A stretch of 64,000 nucleotides of DNA from Candidatus Methylomirabilia bacterium (GCA_041497895.1 JBGQHJ010000005.1:1-64000); one strand, 5' to 3'; positions 1 through 10,177 are shown, numbered from the stretch's first letter. A program made the numbers and translations. The notes: generated by a model not told the origin, from the sequence alone.

Positions 1-675
1 CGGCGCAACGTGGACCTGACGATCCTGCTGTTCAACAATCGGATCTACGGCCTCACCAAAGGCCAGTACTCGCCGACCAGCGAGCTGGGCAAGGTGACCA
101 AGTCCACCCCGATGGGCTCGGCGGACCGGCCGGTGAGCCCGTGCGCGTTCGCGCTCGCCGCGGGGGCGACCTTCGTGGCGCGGACGCTCGACCGCAACAT
201 CGCCCACATGGAGGAGACGCTCAAGCGTGCCGCCGCCCACAAGGGCGCGGCCTTCGTGGAGATCCTCCAGAACTGCAACGTGTACAACGACATGGCGTGG
301 GGCGTGCTCTACGACCGCGAGTCGAAGGTCCTCCACGAGCTGCGCCTCGAGCACGGCAAGCCGCTCGTGTGGGGCCCGCTCGACGACCGTCGCGGGCTCG
401 TGCTGGAGGGCGTCAAGCCCAAGGTCGTGAAGGTGGCGGACGTCCCGGAGCGCTCCCTGTGGGTGCACGACGAGACCGACGGGGGCACCGCGCTGGTGCT
501 GGCGCAGCTGTGGGCTCCGGAGTACCCGATCCCGCTCGGGGTGCTCGCCAGCAAACCGGGCGAGTCGACCTACGAGGAGATCCTGATCCAGCAGGAGCAG
601 AAGATCATCTCGGAGCGCGGGCCCGGCGACATCGCCAAGCTGCTCATGTCGGGCGACACCTGGAAGATCGGCTGA
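1..675 (+). CDS. 2-oxoacid:ferredoxin oxidoreductase beta subunit, 5'-partial
   Basis: Frame is open from base 1 (RRNVDLTILLFNNRIYGLTKGQYSPT). The NN..YGLTKGQ.SPT and EILQNC motifs fit the TPP-binding beta subunit. Confidence 0.9.
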   Translation, partial: RRNVDLTILLFNNRIYGLTKGQYSPTSELGKVTKSTPMGSADRPVSPCAFALAAGATFVARTLDRNIAHMEETLKRAAAHKGAAFVEILQNCNVYNDMAWGVLYDRESKVLHELRLEHGKPLVWGPLDDRRGLVLEGVKPKVVKVADVPERSLWVHDETDGGTALVLAQLWAPEYPIPLGVLASKPGESTYEEILIQQEQKIISERGPGDIAKLLMSGDTWKIG

Positions 676-706
676 GCCCCCGCCTCCGGCGGGCGATCCG
701 TAGATC

Positions 707-731
707 ACCGGCCCTCCACGGGAGGGCCGGT
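707..731. other. GC-rich hairpin between the OFOR beta gene and glcD (possible terminator)
   Basis: accggccctcc-acg-ggagggccggt, a perfect 11-bp stem, followed by ggtatttt. Confidence 0.45.
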
Positions 732-757
732 GGTATTTTGTCAGCCTGAGACGCCCC

Positions 758-2203
758 ATGCCCCTGCCTGCCCAGGTCCTTCGCGAGCTCGAGCGCATCG
801 TCGGCGCGGCCGGGCTCGTGGTTTCCCGCGAGGGACTGCTCACCTACGAGTGCGACATGCACACGTTCTACAAGGGCGCGCCGGATGCGGTGGTCCTGCC
901 CGAGTCCGCCCAGCAGGTGGCCGAGATCGTCCGGCTGTGCCGCCGCGAGCGGGTGCCGATCGTGCCGCGCGGGTCGGGCACCGGCCTGATCGGCGGGGCC
1001 ATGGCTCCCGAGGGCGGGGTGATGGTCTCGATGACCCGGATGAACCGGATCGTCGAGATCGACTTCGCGAATCGCTGCGCCACCGTGCAGCCGGGCCTCA
1101 TCAACCTGTGGCTGAGTCAGGCCACGCGCGAGGGCGGCTACTTCTTCGCCCCGGATCCTTCGAGCCAGATGGTGTCCTCCATCGGCGGGAACGCGTCCAC
1201 CAATGCGGGCGGGCCCCACTGCCTCAAGTACGGCATCACCGTGAATCACATCCTCGGGCTCGAGGTCGTCACCGGTGCGGGGGAGCTGGTCCGGCTCGGG
1301 GGCAAGGCCCACGAGCGCCCGGGCTACGATCTCACCGGCGTGATGGTGGGCGCCGAAGGCACGCTCGGCCTGGTCACCGGCGTGGTGGTCCGGCTCACCC
1401 ACCTGCCGGAGTCGGTGAAGACGATCCTCGCGTCCTTCTCCACCATCGAGGACGCCTCCGAGACGGTCTCGGCGATCATCCGGGCCGGCATCATCCCGGC
1501 CGCGCTCGAGATGCTGGACGAGGTGGTCATCCGGGCGATCGAGGAGGGCATCCACGCCGGCTACCCCAAGGGCGCGGGCGCGGTCCTGCTGATCGAGCTG
1601 GACGGCCCGGCGGCCGAGATCGACGCGCAGGCCGCGCCGATCGAGGCGATCTGCCGCGAGCACCTCGCGCTCGAGATCCGCGTGGCCCGGAGCGAGGAGG
1701 AGCGCGCGCTGCTCTGGAAGGGCCGCAAGGAGGCGGCGGGCGTCTTCGGGCGCCTCACGCCCAACTGGCTGCTGCAGGACGCGGTGGTGCCGCGCTCCAA
1801 GCTGCCGGAGATCATGCGAGAGCTCCAGGCCATCGGCGCCCGGCACCGGGTGGTGATCGCCAACGTGTTCCACGCCGGCGACGGCAATCTGCACCCGCTC
1901 ATCTGCTACGACGACCGCGTTCCCGGCGAGCTCGAGCGGGCCAAGCACGCCAACGAGGACCTGTTGCACGCCTGCCTGCGCCTCGGTGGCAGCGTCACCG
2001 GTGAGCACGGCGTCGGCCTCGACAAGTGCCAGAGCCTGCCGCTGCAGTTCGCGGAGGCCGATCTGAACTTCATGGCGCGGCTGCGGCGCACCTTCGATCC
2101 CGACTCGATCATGAATCCCGGCAAGCTGCTGCCGTCGCACCCGGCCTGCGGCGAGGGTTTCCGGCCCGCCGCCCGCCCGCTGCCCTCCGGCACCTGGATC
2201 TGA
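758..2203 (+). CDS. glcD: FAD-linked oxidase, glycolate oxidase GlcD-like
   Basis: PRGSGTGLIGG, APDPSS, GGN..TNAGGPHCLKYG, FHAGDGNLHP, GEHGVG and NPGK motifs; first gene of a glcDEF trio. Confidence 0.88.
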   Translation: MPLPAQVLRELERIVGAAGLVVSREGLLTYECDMHTFYKGAPDAVVLPESAQQVAEIVRLCRRERVPIVPRGSGTGLIGGAMAPEGGVMVSMTRMNRIVEIDFANRCATVQPGLINLWLSQATREGGYFFAPDPSSQMVSSIGGNASTNAGGPHCLKYGITVNHILGLEVVTGAGELVRLGGKAHERPGYDLTGVMVGAEGTLGLVTGVVVRLTHLPESVKTILASFSTIEDASETVSAIIRAGIIPAALEMLDEVVIRAIEEGIHAGYPKGAGAVLLIELDGPAAEIDAQAAPIEAICREHLALEIRVARSEEERALLWKGRKEAAGVFGRLTPNWLLQDAVVPRSKLPEIMRELQAIGARHRVVIANVFHAGDGNLHPLICYDDRVPGELERAKHANEDLLHACLRLGGSVTGEHGVGLDKCQSLPLQFAEADLNFMARLRRTFDPDSIMNPGKLLPSHPACGEGFRPAARPLPSGTWI

Positions 2204-2205
2204 CG

Positions 2206-3516
2206 GTGGCCGTCTCCACGCCCGCCCTCCACGAGGCGCTGGCCGACCTCGTCGGCCGCGAGCACCTGCTGCGCGATCCGGCGGGCCTGGCGCGCTACGC
2301 GGTGGACGGCCTCGTGCCCGGTGTGGTGGCGCGGCCGGGGAGCGCGGAGGAGGTGGGCCGGCTGCTGGCCCTCTGCGCGGCCGAGCGGCTTGCGGTCGTG
2401 CCGCGCGGCGCCGGCACGACCCAGGCCCTCGGCAATCCGCCGCGCCGCCTCGACCTCGTGCTGGAGCTCGCGCGTCTCGCCACCGTGCACGAGTACGTGC
2501 CCGAGGACATGGTCGCCACGGTCGGGGCCGGTCTCACCCTGGCCGGCCTCGCGGCGCACCTGGCGCCGCATCGCCAGAGGCTGGCTCTCGATCCACCGGG
2601 CGGCGGTCCGCGCAGCGTGGGGGGCGTCCTCGCCACGAACGCCAGTGGCCCGCTCCGATTCCGCTACGGCACCGGCCGGGATCTGCTGCTGGGCGCGCGC
2701 TTCGTCCAGGCCGACGGCACGCTCACCTGGGGCGGCGCCAAGGTGGTGAAGTCGGTCACCGGCTACGACGTGCCGAAGCTGCTGGTCGGCTCGCTCGGCA
2801 CGCTCGGGATCCTCGTGGAGGCGACGCTCCGGCTGCACCCGATGCCGCCCGCCACGCGATCGTGGCAGGTGCGCCTGCCCTCCCACACCGGCGCGGCCGC
2901 GTTCCTGGCCGCGCTCGTGGACTCGCCGCTTCAGCCGGATCGCGCCGCGCTGCTCGACTCCGCCGGCCTGCGTCTGGCCGGCCTGACCGCGGATCCGGTC
3001 GCACTTCTCCTGTCGATCGGGAGCGTGGCCGAGGCGGTCGAGCAGCAGGGGCGTGCGCTTGAGGTCCTGGCTACCCGCCACGGAGGACACGTGGAGACCT
3101 TCGCCGAGGTGGCGTGGTCGGCTCTCGGCGCGGCGGTCGAGGCGCCCGTCCTGCTACGCCTGGCCTCCGAGCCGCGCCGCCTGCTCGACTGGGTGGAGGT
3201 GGGGCAGGCGGCCGCCAGGCGCGTGGGCGTCGAGATGGCGGTCCTCGCGCAGCCCGGACACGGCGTGGTACAGATGGCGGTCTGGGGCAGGCCGGATCCC
3301 AGGCGCCTCGGCGAGGAGCTCGTGCGGCCGCTGCGGACCGCGGTCGAGGCCGAGGGGGGCAGCCTGGTCGTGGAGCGGGCGCCGTTCGAGCTTAAGAGAT
3401 CCTGTGAAGTCTGGGGGTCTATCCAGCCTGAAATATTGAGTATCATGAAGAGGATCAAGGGCGAGTTCGACCCGGACGACGTCCTGAGCCCGGGCCGCTT
3501 CGTGGGCGGCCTGTGA
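2206..3516 (+). CDS. glcE: FAD-binding subunit, GlcE-like
   Basis: GTG at 2206 directly after glcD; GGAKVVKSVTGYDVPKLLVGSLGTLG and FDP..VLSPGRF motifs. Confidence 0.85.
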   Translation: MAVSTPALHEALADLVGREHLLRDPAGLARYAVDGLVPGVVARPGSAEEVGRLLALCAAERLAVVPRGAGTTQALGNPPRRLDLVLELARLATVHEYVPEDMVATVGAGLTLAGLAAHLAPHRQRLALDPPGGGPRSVGGVLATNASGPLRFRYGTGRDLLLGARFVQADGTLTWGGAKVVKSVTGYDVPKLLVGSLGTLGILVEATLRLHPMPPATRSWQVRLPSHTGAAAFLAALVDSPLQPDRAALLDSAGLRLAGLTADPVALLLSIGSVAEAVEQQGRALEVLATRHGGHVETFAEVAWSALGAAVEAPVLLRLASEPRRLLDWVEVGQAAARRVGVEMAVLAQPGHGVVQMAVWGRPDPRRLGEELVRPLRTAVEAEGGSLVVERAPFELKRSCEVWGSIQPEILSIMKRIKGEFDPDDVLSPGRFVGGL

Positions 3517-4805
3517 GCCAGAGCGCTCCCGCGCGCCTCGGCGCGTTCGACGGGCAGGACGCGCCGTCCATGGACGGGCTGCGGGCCTGCGTGCACTGCG
3601 GGATCTGCCTGCCGCAATGCCCGACCTATCGGGTGCTCGGCGAGGAGATGGACTCGCCCCGCGGGCGGGTCTACCTCATGCGGGCCGCCGCGGAGGACCG
3701 CATCGGCCTCACCCCGACCATCGCTCGCCATCTCGATCTCTGCCTCGGCTGCCGGGCGTGCGAAACCGCGTGCCCGTCCGGCGTGCCGTTCGGGCAACTC
3801 CTGGAGGCCACGCGGGGTCAGCTCGAGCGGCGTGGGATCACCGCGCCCCAGCGCGACTCCGCGATGCTGAGTTTCCTCCTGGCCGTTTTCCCGTATCCGG
3901 GTCGTCTCGGCCCGATGCTCGGCGCGCTGCGCGCGTACCAGTGGTCGGGCGCGCAGGCGCTCGTGCGCGGGCTCGGCCTGCTGGCCCCGTTCGGCAAGCT
4001 CCGCGCGATGGAGGCGCTGCTGCCGCCGCTGCCGGTACCCGCCGCGCCGCTGCCCAGGGTCGTCCCGGCCCGCGGTGGGCGCGCGCGCGCCCGGGTCGGC
4101 GTCCTGCTCGGCTGCGCTCAGCGCTTCTTCTATCCGGACGTCAATGCCGACACCGTCCGGCTCCTCTCCGCGGCCGGCTACGAGGTGGTGGTGCCGCCGG
4201 ACCAGGAGTGCTGCGGCGCACTCCACCTGCACGCGGGGCGCCTCGAGGATTTTCGGGCGATGGCGCGGCGGCTGATGCCCGCCTTCCGCGACCTCGACTT
4301 CGTGGTGGTGAACGCGGCGGGCTGCGGGTCGGCGCTCAAGGAGTACGGCCACTGGCTCCCGGAGGACGCGGCGCGGCTCTTCGCCCAGCGGGTGCGCGAC
4401 GTCTCCGAGGTGCTCGTGGACGCCGACCTGCCGCTGGGCCCGCTCCCCCTGACCGTGACCTATCACGACGCCTGCCACCTGGTGCACGGGCAGCGCGTGC
4501 GCGCCGAGCCCCGCAGCCTGCTGCGCCGCATCCCCGAGCTGACCCTGATCGACCTGCCCGACGGCGAGCTCTGCTGCGGCAGCGCGGGGATCTACAATCT
4601 GCTCGAGCCCGAGATGGCGGGCGAGCTCGGCCAGCGCAAGGCCGCGTGCATCCGGGAAACCGGCGCGCGGGTGGTGGCGGCGGGCAACCCGGGCTGCCTC
4701 ATGCAGATCCGCCAGCACTGCCGCGCGCTGGGCCTCGAGGTCGAGGTCGTGCACCCGGTGACGCTGCTGGCGCGGGCCCTCGCGGAGCCGGAGATCGCGC
4801 GATGA
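3513..4805 (+). CDS. glcF: Fe-S subunit, GlcF-like (two 4Fe-4S motifs plus CCG domains)
   Basis: CVHCGICLPQCP, CLGCRACETACP, CCGA, YHDACH, CCGSAG and NPGC. Confidence 0.9.
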   Translation: MSQSAPARLGAFDGQDAPSMDGLRACVHCGICLPQCPTYRVLGEEMDSPRGRVYLMRAAAEDRIGLTPTIARHLDLCLGCRACETACPSGVPFGQLLEATRGQLERRGITAPQRDSAMLSFLLAVFPYPGRLGPMLGALRAYQWSGAQALVRGLGLLAPFGKLRAMEALLPPLPVPAAPLPRVVPARGGRARARVGVLLGCAQRFFYPDVNADTVRLLSAAGYEVVVPPDQECCGALHLHAGRLEDFRAMARRLMPAFRDLDFVVVNAAGCGSALKEYGHWLPEDAARLFAQRVRDVSEVLVDADLPLGPLPLTVTYHDACHLVHGQRVRAEPRSLLRRIPELTLIDLPDGELCCGSAGIYNLLEPEMAGELGQRKAACIRETGARVVAAGNPGCLMQIRQHCRALGLEVEVVHPVTLLARALAEPEIAR

Positions 4806-5143
4806 AGATCCGGGTACGGGATCACGTGAAGCTCGCGGCGGACCGGATGGCCAAGATCGGCCTGTCCGGGACCGCGCGCACCCAGCTCGACCTCTACTGC
4901 GTGGCGCCCGGGCAGTCGCAGTCTCCTCACCGGCACGAGGGCGAGGACAAGATCTACTACGTGATCGAGGGGGCCGGACGCTTCACGGTGGGCGACGTCG
5001 AGGAGCGCCTCGAGGCCGGGGACGCGCTGGTGGCCCCGGCCGGCGTGGACCACGGCCTGGTCAACGACGGCACCGCGCTCCTGCTCGTGCTGGTCGTGGT
5101 CGCGCCGCCCCCCCCGCACGTCAAGCGCGGGCCCGCGAGCTAG
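4802..5143 (+). CDS. Cupin domain protein
   Basis: ATG overlaps the glcF stop; HRHEGEDKIYYVIEG...PAGVDHG metal-binding cupin motifs. Confidence 0.8.
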   Translation: MKIRVRDHVKLAADRMAKIGLSGTARTQLDLYCVAPGQSQSPHRHEGEDKIYYVIEGAGRFTVGDVEERLEAGDALVAPAGVDHGLVNDGTALLLVLVVVAPPPPHVKRGPAS

Positions 5144-5147
5144 CGCG

Positions 5148-5888
5148 GTGGCCGCCCCGGTCCGCGCCGCGCTGATGATCACCTGCCTCGGCGACATGTT
5201 CTTCCCCGAGGTGGGCGTGGCGATCGTGCGGCTGCTGCGGGGCCTGGGCGTCGAGGTCGACTTTCCCGAGGGCCAGACCTGCTGTGGCATGCCGCTGTTC
5301 AACTCGGGCTATCACCACGACGCGGCGCTGGTCGCGGCCCGCACCGTGAAGCTCTTCGAGCGCGCCGAGCACGTGGTGGTGCCGTCGGGCTCCTGCGCGT
5401 GGATGGTGAAGACCGAGTACCCGGGCCTGCTCAAGCACGACCCGGCCCTGCGGGCCGCCGCCGAGTCCCTCGCGCGGCGCACGCGCGAGCTCTCCCAGTT
5501 CCTCGTGGAGGTGCTGGGCGTGAGCCGCGTCGACTCGCCGTTCGAGGGGAAGGTGACCTACCACGACTCCTGCCACCTCCTGCGCGGCCTGGGCGAATCC
5601 GCGGCGCCGCGCGCCCTGCTGCGCGGGGTGCCCGGGGTGGAGCTGGTCGAGCTGCCGGGCGCGGATCAGTGCTGCGGCTTCGGGGGCTCGTTCTCGGTAC
5701 GCCTCCCCGAGGTGTCGAGCGCCATCCTCGACAAGAAGCTCGCCAACGTCGAGGCGACCGGCGCGCGCTGTCTGGTGGCGTGCGACGCGGGCTGCCTCAT
5801 GCAGATGGGCGGTGGCCTGACCCGCCGCGGCTCGGCGGTGAAGGCGGTCCACCTGGCCCAGGTGCTGGCCGGCGAGGTGTCGCGGTGA
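5148..5888 (+). CDS. lutA: Lactate utilization Fe-S protein LutA/LldE
   Basis: TCLGD, QTCCGMP, PSGSC, YHDSCH, CCGFGG and DAGCLMQ motifs. Confidence 0.88.
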   Translation: MAAPVRAALMITCLGDMFFPEVGVAIVRLLRGLGVEVDFPEGQTCCGMPLFNSGYHHDAALVAARTVKLFERAEHVVVPSGSCAWMVKTEYPGLLKHDPALRAAAESLARRTRELSQFLVEVLGVSRVDSPFEGKVTYHDSCHLLRGLGESAAPRALLRGVPGVELVELPGADQCCGFGGSFSVRLPEVSSAILDKKLANVEATGARCLVACDAGCLMQMGGGLTRRGSAVKAVHLAQVLAGEVSR

Positions 5889-7291
5889 GCGAAGGGCTCC
5901 TGCGCACGCCGTTCTCCGAGCGGGCCGGCGCGGCCCTCCAGGACGCCTTCCTCCAGGAGGCGCTCACCATCGCCACCACCAAGTTCATCGACCTGCGCAA
6001 GGAGGCCTTCGAGGGCTTCCCGGCCGGCGAGGCGCTGCGGGATCGGGCGCGGGCCATCAAGGAGGCCACGCTCCAGCACCTCGACGTCCATCTCGAGCGG
6101 CTCGCCGACAACGTGGAGCGGCTGGGCGGCACCGTGCACTGGGCCGCGACCGGGGAGGAGGCGCGCGAGATCGTGCTCCGGCTCTGCCGCGACCGCGGGG
6201 TGCGGATGGCGGTGAAGTCCAAGTCGATGGCCACCGAGGAGATCGACCTCAACGAGGCCCTCGAGCACGCGGGGGTCACCCCGGTGGAGACGGACCTGGG
6301 CGAGTACATCATCCAGCTCGCCCACGAGAAGCCGTCGCACATCATCGCGCCCGCCATCCACAAGACGAAGGGGCAGGTCGCCGAGCTGTTCTCGCGCGAG
6401 CTTCGTGGGAAGTTTCCTGCCGATCCGGAAGTCCTGACCGCGGTGGCCCGAAAGGCCCTGCGCGAGAAGTTCCTCCAGGCCGACCTGGGGATCACCGGGG
6501 CCAACTTCGCGGTGGCGGACACCGGCACCGTGGTGCTCGTCACCAACGAGGGCAACGGGCGCATGGTGACCTCGCTGCCGCGGATCCACGTGGCCCTGAT
6601 GGGGATCGAGAAGGTCATCCCGTCGATGAGCGACCTCGTCGTGTTCCTCGCCATCCTGGCCCGGAGCGCCACCGGGCAGAAGCTCTCCTCCTACACCACG
6701 CTCGTGCGCGGGCCGCGGCGGGCGGGGGAGCTCGAGGGACCGGAGGAGTTCCACCTGATCCTCCTCGACAACGGGCGCGCGCGCCAGATCGCCTCCACCC
6801 TGCGGGAGGCGCTCTACTGCCTCCGCTGCGGCGCCTGCCTCAACGTCTGCCCGGTGTATCGCCAGATCGGCGGCCACGCCTACGGTTACACCTACCCGGG
6901 CCCCATCGGCATCCTCCTCACCGCGATGCTCAAGGGCAACCGGTCGGTGCGCGAGCTGGCCCACGCTTCCTCCCTCTGTGGAGCCTGCAAGGACGTCTGC
7001 CCGGTCCGCATCGACATCCCGCGCATGCTGATCGAGCTGCGCGAGCACCTCGACCGCGAGAAGATCGCGCCGTGGACGGAGCGCATGGTGTTCCGGGTTT
7101 TCCGTCGCCTGCTCCTCTCGCCCACCGCGTTCCGCCTCTCCGCGAAGGCCGGGCGCCTGCTGCAGCGCCCGTTCGTCCGGGCGGGACGGCTGCGCGGGCT
7201 TCCGCTGCTCTTCGGCAACTGGACGCGCACGCGCGATCTGCCGCCGGTGGCCGCCCGCACCTTCCGCGAGCGATGGAAGGAGCTGCGCTAG
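5885..7291 (+). CDS. lutB: Lactate utilization Fe-S protein LutB/LldF
   Basis: KSKSM, ETDLGEYIIQ, PSHII.PAIH, TNEGN, CLRCGACLNVCP and CGAC..CP. Confidence 0.92.
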   Translation: MSEGLLRTPFSERAGAALQDAFLQEALTIATTKFIDLRKEAFEGFPAGEALRDRARAIKEATLQHLDVHLERLADNVERLGGTVHWAATGEEAREIVLRLCRDRGVRMAVKSKSMATEEIDLNEALEHAGVTPVETDLGEYIIQLAHEKPSHIIAPAIHKTKGQVAELFSRELRGKFPADPEVLTAVARKALREKFLQADLGITGANFAVADTGTVVLVTNEGNGRMVTSLPRIHVALMGIEKVIPSMSDLVVFLAILARSATGQKLSSYTTLVRGPRRAGELEGPEEFHLILLDNGRARQIASTLREALYCLRCGACLNVCPVYRQIGGHAYGYTYPGPIGILLTAMLKGNRSVRELAHASSLCGACKDVCPVRIDIPRMLIELREHLDREKIAPWTERMVFRVFRRLLLSPTAFRLSAKAGRLLQRPFVRAGRLRGLPLLFGNWTRTRDLPPVAARTFRERWKELR

Positions 7292-8023
7292 GTGGCCGCC
7301 CGCGCCGAGTTCCTCGAGCGGATCCGCCGCGAGGTGGCGAAGACCCCCGGGCTCTTCGGGGCCTCCACCGCGCCCCGTCCGACCGATCCGGCCGCCGCCG
7401 CGGAGGCCGTCCGGCGGGAGCTGACCGAGCGCTGGCCCGAGGCGCTCGAGCGGTTCCGACAGGAGTTCGAGCGGGTGGCCGGGGTGTTCCACCGGGCACG
7501 GGACCTGGACGCGGTCCCGGACGTGATCGCGGACATCGCTCGGGAGCGGGGCATCCGGAGCCTGGTCACGTGGGATCCCGCGGTGCTCGGCTTCGACGCG
7601 GCGCCCGCGCTCTCCGGCCGGGGCCTGTCGGTGATCGCGGCCCGCGCCGGGCAGGAGAACGAGGTGGGCCGCCTCCGCCACCGCGCGGACGCAGCGGCCG
7701 CGCAGCTGGGCGTCACCGGGGCCGACCTCGTGCTCGCGGAGACCGGGACCCTGATCCTCCTCTCCGGCGCGGGGCGGCCGCGCTCCACCTCGCTGCTGCC
7801 CGACGTCCACGTGGCGGTCTTCGGACGCGACCGGCTGCTGGAGAGCCTCGAGCAGGTCGGGGTGATGCTGGAGGCTCTCCACGTCGATCCCGACCGGGCG
7901 ATGTCGGGCGCGATGATCAACTTCATCACCGGGCCCTCGCGGACCGCCGACATCGAGCTGACGCTCACCCGCGGCGTGCACGGCCCCAAGGAAGTGCACG
8001 CGATCTTCGTGGAGGCCCCGTGA
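7292..8023 (+). CDS. lutC: LUD-domain protein LutC/LldG
   Basis: AETGT, SLLP..H and ITGPSRTADIE.TL..GVHGP. Confidence 0.88.
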   Translation: MAARAEFLERIRREVAKTPGLFGASTAPRPTDPAAAAEAVRRELTERWPEALERFRQEFERVAGVFHRARDLDAVPDVIADIARERGIRSLVTWDPAVLGFDAAPALSGRGLSVIAARAGQENEVGRLRHRADAAAAQLGVTGADLVLAETGTLILLSGAGRPRSTSLLPDVHVAVFGRDRLLESLEQVGVMLEALHVDPDRAMSGAMINFITGPSRTADIELTLTRGVHGPKEVHAIFVEAP

Positions 8024-8436
8024 GCGAGCGCCTGTTCACGCCCGAGGAGGTCAACCGCCTGATCCCGCGGCTCACCGAGCTGCTCGATACCGGGATGGAC
8101 CGGTACCGCCAGGCGGTGGCCCTGCAGGAGCGCCTGCGCGAGGACCGCGCCCGGGTGGCCGCGGCGGGCGGCGAGCGTATCGACAACCACGAGTGGAAGG
8201 CGCGCGCGGAGCGCCTGGACGGCCTCGGCATCGAGGTGCGCCAGGTCCTGCAAGAGATCCAGGCCCTGGGCGGGGTGGTCAAGGATCTCGAGACCGGCCT
8301 GGTCGATTTCCCGGGGCATGGACCCGGCGAGCAGCGCGACCGCATCGTCAACCTCTGCTGGCGCTACGGCGAGGAGGCCGTGGAGTTCTGGCACGGGATG
8401 GACGAAGGCTTCGCCCAGCGGAAGCCGCTCGCGTGA
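8020..8436 (+). CDS. DUF2203 family protein
   Basis: LFTPEEVN.LIP, VKDLETGLVDFP, LCWRYGE, WH..EGFA.R.PL pattern. Confidence 0.8.
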   Translation: MSERLFTPEEVNRLIPRLTELLDTGMDRYRQAVALQERLREDRARVAAAGGERIDNHEWKARAERLDGLGIEVRQVLQEIQALGGVVKDLETGLVDFPGHGPGEQRDRIVNLCWRYGEEAVEFWHGMDEGFAQRKPLA

Positions 8437-9185
8437 GCTACCGCGCCGTCCTCTTCGATCTCTTCGACACCCTGGTGCTCTTCCATCGCGAGCGGCTGCC
8501 CGAGCTCGAGGTCAACGGCAAGACGATCCGCACCACCGCCGGGCACCTCCACGCGGAGTTCCGGCGGTTCGCCCCCGACGTGGAGCTCTCCACCTTCGTG
8601 TCCGCCCTCTTCTGGAGCTGGCAGGAGGCCGAGCGCATTCGCGCGGAGGACCATCGCGAGGTCGGGGCGCCGGAGCGGTTCGGCATGCTCTTCGGCCGGC
8701 TCGGGCTCGACGCGGGCCGGATGCCCGCCGAGGCGCGCGACATCCTGCTCGCCACCCACATGCGGGAGCTGTCCAAGGTCGTGGAGTGCCCGCCGCACCA
8801 CGTGGCGCTGCTGGGCGAGCTCCGGCGGCACTATCGCCTCGCGGTGGTCTCGAACTTCGACTACTCGCCTACCTGCCTGGCCATCCTCGAGCGCGCGGGC
8901 ATCGCGCCGCTCTTCGACACCATCGTGATCTCCGACGAGGTCGGCTGGCGCAAGCCCAAGCCGGTCATCTTCGAGACCGCGCTCGACCGGATGGGCGGCC
9001 TCCGGCCGGCCGAGGCTCTGTTCGTGGGGGACCGGGCCGACATCGACGTGCTCGGGGCCCGGGCGGTGGGCATGCCCACCGCGTGGATCAATCGCGAGGC
9101 CCTACTCTTGCCCAAGGACATCCAGGCGCCCGACTTCGAGATCCGCGATCTCGCGGAGCTCCGGGCCATTCTCCGCATCCCGTAG
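8433..9185 (+). CDS. HAD-family hydrolase
   Basis: FDLFDTL motif I, VSN, KP and FVGD...D. Confidence 0.85.
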   Translation: MSYRAVLFDLFDTLVLFHRERLPELEVNGKTIRTTAGHLHAEFRRFAPDVELSTFVSALFWSWQEAERIRAEDHREVGAPERFGMLFGRLGLDAGRMPAEARDILLATHMRELSKVVECPPHHVALLGELRRHYRLAVVSNFDYSPTCLAILERAGIAPLFDTIVISDEVGWRKPKPVIFETALDRMGGLRPAEALFVGDRADIDVLGARAVGMPTAWINREALLLPKDIQAPDFEIRDLAELRAILRIP

Positions 9186-9238
9186 CCCTCCCGCCGCATC
9201 CAAAAGGGGCGCGAGGAGAAGGCAACCAGGAGGACAAC

Positions 9239-10177
9239 GTGGCCACGACACGCAAGGTCGTCATCATCGGATCGGGACCGTCCGGCTATACCGCGGCCAT
9301 CTACGCCGCGCGCGCCAACCTGTCCCCGGTCATGTTCACCGGCATCCAGCCGGGCGGCCAGCTCATGCTGACCACCCTGGTCGAGAACTATCCGGGCTTC
9401 GTCGAGGGCATCGACGGACCTCCGCTGATGGAAACGTTCCAGAAGCAGGCCGAGCGCTTCGGCACCGAGATGATCGCCGACGACGTGACCGAGATCGACT
9501 TCCACCAGCGGCCCTTCAAGATCACCGGGGGCGACGTCACGATCGAGGCGCACACCCTCATCATCGCGACCGGCGCGTCGGCCAAGCTGCTGGGGCTGCC
9601 GAACGAGTCCAAGCTCATGGGCCGCGGGGTCTCGACCTGCGCCACCTGCGACGGGTTCTTCTTCAAGGACCAGAACATCATGGTGGTCGGGGGCGGGGAC
9701 TCCGCGCTCGAGGAGGCGCTGTACCTCTCGCGGCTCGGCCGCAAGGTCGACGTGGTGCACCGCCGCGAGGCCCTGCGCGGGTCCAAGATCATGCAGGAGC
9801 GGGCGTTCAAGAACCCGAAGATCACCTTCCTCTGGAACACGGTGGTCGACGACGTGCTGGATCCGGCCGCGGGCAAGGTGACCACCGTGAAGCTCCGGAA
9901 CATCAAGACCGGCGCCGCCTCGGAGGCCCAGGTGGACGGCCTCTTCGTGGCGATCGGGCACCAGCCCAACACCGCGCTCTTCAAGGGGCAAGTCGACCTG
10001 CACTCCAACGAGTACATCAAGGTCGTGCCCGGGACTACCCAGACCTCGGTGCCCGGGGTGTTCGCGGCCGGCGACGTTGCGGACTTCACGTACCGCCAAG
10101 CGGTCACCGCCGCGGGCACCGGCTGCATGGCGGCGCTCGAGGCCGAGCGCTACCTGGAGGCGCAGGGACTCGAGTAG
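9239..10177 (+). CDS. trxB: Thioredoxin-disulfide reductase
   Basis: GSGPSG, GGQL, CATC redox motif, GGGDSA, AAGDV and YRQAVTAAG; SD aggagg upstream of the GTG. Confidence 0.95.
   Translation: MATTRKVVIIGSGPSGYTAAIYAARANLSPVMFTGIQPGGQLMLTTLVENYPGFVEGIDGPPLMETFQKQAERFGTEMIADDVTEIDFHQRPFKITGGDVTIEAHTLIIATGASAKLLGLPNESKLMGRGVSTCATCDGFFFKDQNIMVVGGGDSALEEALYLSRLGRKVDVVHRREALRGSKIMQERAFKNPKITFLWNTVVDDVLDPAAGKVTTVKLRNIKTGAASEAQVDGLFVAIGHQPNTALFKGQVDLHSNEYIKVVPGTTQTSVPGVFAAGDVADFTYRQAVTAAGTGCMAALEAERYLEAQGLE

Noticed and set aside
3617..9185. Apparent long N-terminal extensions or fusions in ORF-track entries (cupin, lutB, DUF2203, HAD and others)
   Set aside because: The real starts lie at ATGA/GTGA overlaps with the upstream stops. 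The extensions are out-of-frame read-ins from the preceding genes.
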